From Diplonema japonicum (Eukaryota > Protista > Euglenozoa: Diplonemea), in contig OZ025655.1 of NCBI GenBank assembly GCA_964019335.1, forward strand, positions 124,001-188,000: a stretch of DNA of 64,000 bases. Direction: 5' to 3'. The notes under the pieces are model-generated. The model was not told the origin of the DNA. It saw nothing but the letters and a program-made list of their open reading frames with translations, and ran no database searches. Each line of letters begins with the position of its first letter. The stretch's first letter is position 1. Positions 62,873 through 64,000 of the stretch are shown here, one piece after another. The translations under genes and the position numbers were made by a program.

Positions 62873-63884
62873 CCTCCGTTCTCAAAAAATTCAATTTTTT
62901 TTTTTTAAGAGAGGAAAAACCCTTTCTTTTTTCTAAAAGTTGATTGATTTTTTTTCTTTTTTTTCTTTTTGTGTGCACAGCCGGGGTTAACCTGTATAAG
63001 GATAAGCCCAACAATGCTACCACTACTTTTTTTCTCTTTTTTTTTGCTTTCCCCTTTTTTTTTTGAAAACTTAAAAAAAAAAAAATGAAAGGTAACTATA
63101 GATAGATGGCGTCTTGTTTGTGTGCAAAAGTCGGGATCTTGCCAAAGTACCACAATTTTTGCCTCGCAAAATATCAAATGATTGGTTCCCTTTTTTCAAA
63201 AAAAAAAGGGAAAAGAAGGAAGCCATGTGTTAATCTTGTCTATTGTTGCAAAATTCTTTTTCTTCCCCCCTTCTTTTCAATAGATCTAAACATTAATTAA
63301 AGTAGTTATTAGGTATAAGGCCGAACGATTATTACTGAGAGAAGTTTTAAAAAAAAAAATATATCCTTAGAAAACATTTCACCTGATGCTTTCTGCCACC
63401 TCATAATTCAACAACTCCCACACCCACCTTTCCTTTTTTTCTTTTTCTAAAAAATAAAAAAAATGACAGAAGATAAATATAAAAAAAAAAAAGATTTCAA
63501 TTAAGTCACAAAGGTAAAACTCACCGGGAGGCTGCCTCTTCCCCCCACAAAAGGGGGCGAGAGAGAAGAAAGAGAAAAAGAAAGAAGGAAAAAAATATAT
63601 ATATATATATGTTAAAAAAAAAAAGGTTAGAATAAATGGAGTTTGTTCTATTTTCTTTTTTCTTTTTTTTTTCTCTCTCTTTTTTTTCTTCTTTTTTTCT
63701 TTCTGCCCACTCCCATGTGAATAAAAAAAAAATCCTTTGTTTCTTTTTTTTTTTCTTTTTTTTTTTTTTTTTCAAAATTGGTGAGTTGAAAGGGGGGAGA
63801 GAAGGGAGGGAGAGGAGGGAAAAACAAAAATCTTTCTCTCTTTTTTTGTCTCAATCTCTTTTTTTTTTTTTTTTTTTCTTTTTT

Positions 63885-64000
63885 TTAACGCAAGACAGCG
63901 ATCCCTCTCGCGGTCCCTGCACGAAACTGAGGTGCTTTCGGCCGGGACATAAAACTGCTGCTACACGATATCTTCTCAACCTTCTCCAGTTTTTCAACAG
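63885..64000 (-). CDS. Probable 3' end of an upstream gene entering the window
   Basis: Open frame VEKLEKVEKISCSSSFMSRPKAPQFRAGTARGIAVLR* ending in TAA exactly where the homopolymer-rich DNA begins. Confidence 0.4.
   Translation of the reverse strand, partial: VEKLEKVEKISCSSSFMSRPKAPQFRAGTARGIAVLR

Noticed and set aside
59333-63854. Numerous F/K-rich short ORFs in A/T homopolymer regions (also 3086-3587 and 27365-27788)
   Set aside because: Translations of low-complexity poly-A/T tracts.

Overview
Eukaryotic genomic DNA, most likely from a euglenozoan protist and probably a diplonemid (inference). About 25 protein-coding genes all lie on the minus strand, many separated by less than 120 nt, which suggests a polycistronic, trans-spliced unit. 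Many genes carry tiny GT-AG introns (31-49 nt, mostly GTATG donors) that explain the broken ORF track. The top finding is missed by the ORF track: two tandem 171-aa AhpC/TSA (peroxiredoxin-like) paralogs at 17500-18015 and 18586-19101. Each has an in-frame TGA in the redox motif (FYRGRW-U-PPC) and an identical 65-nt GUGA-type SECIS-like hairpin in its otherwise divergent 3' region, so they are very likely selenoproteins. Two further conserved RNA structures accompany them. The second major feature is a tandem array of 7 apparently identical 3370-bp units (30781-54376) bounded by a 6-bp GTGTGA microhomology. Each unit encodes an 882-aa secreted protein with a double beta-propeller and a Cys-rich C-terminal domain. 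Other genes encode PPR, ELMO-domain, TPR, WD40/PDZ-like, bacterial-like DUF218, EF-hand-like, malectin-like, ePHD, L-type lectin, CD36 and multi-IQ proteins.
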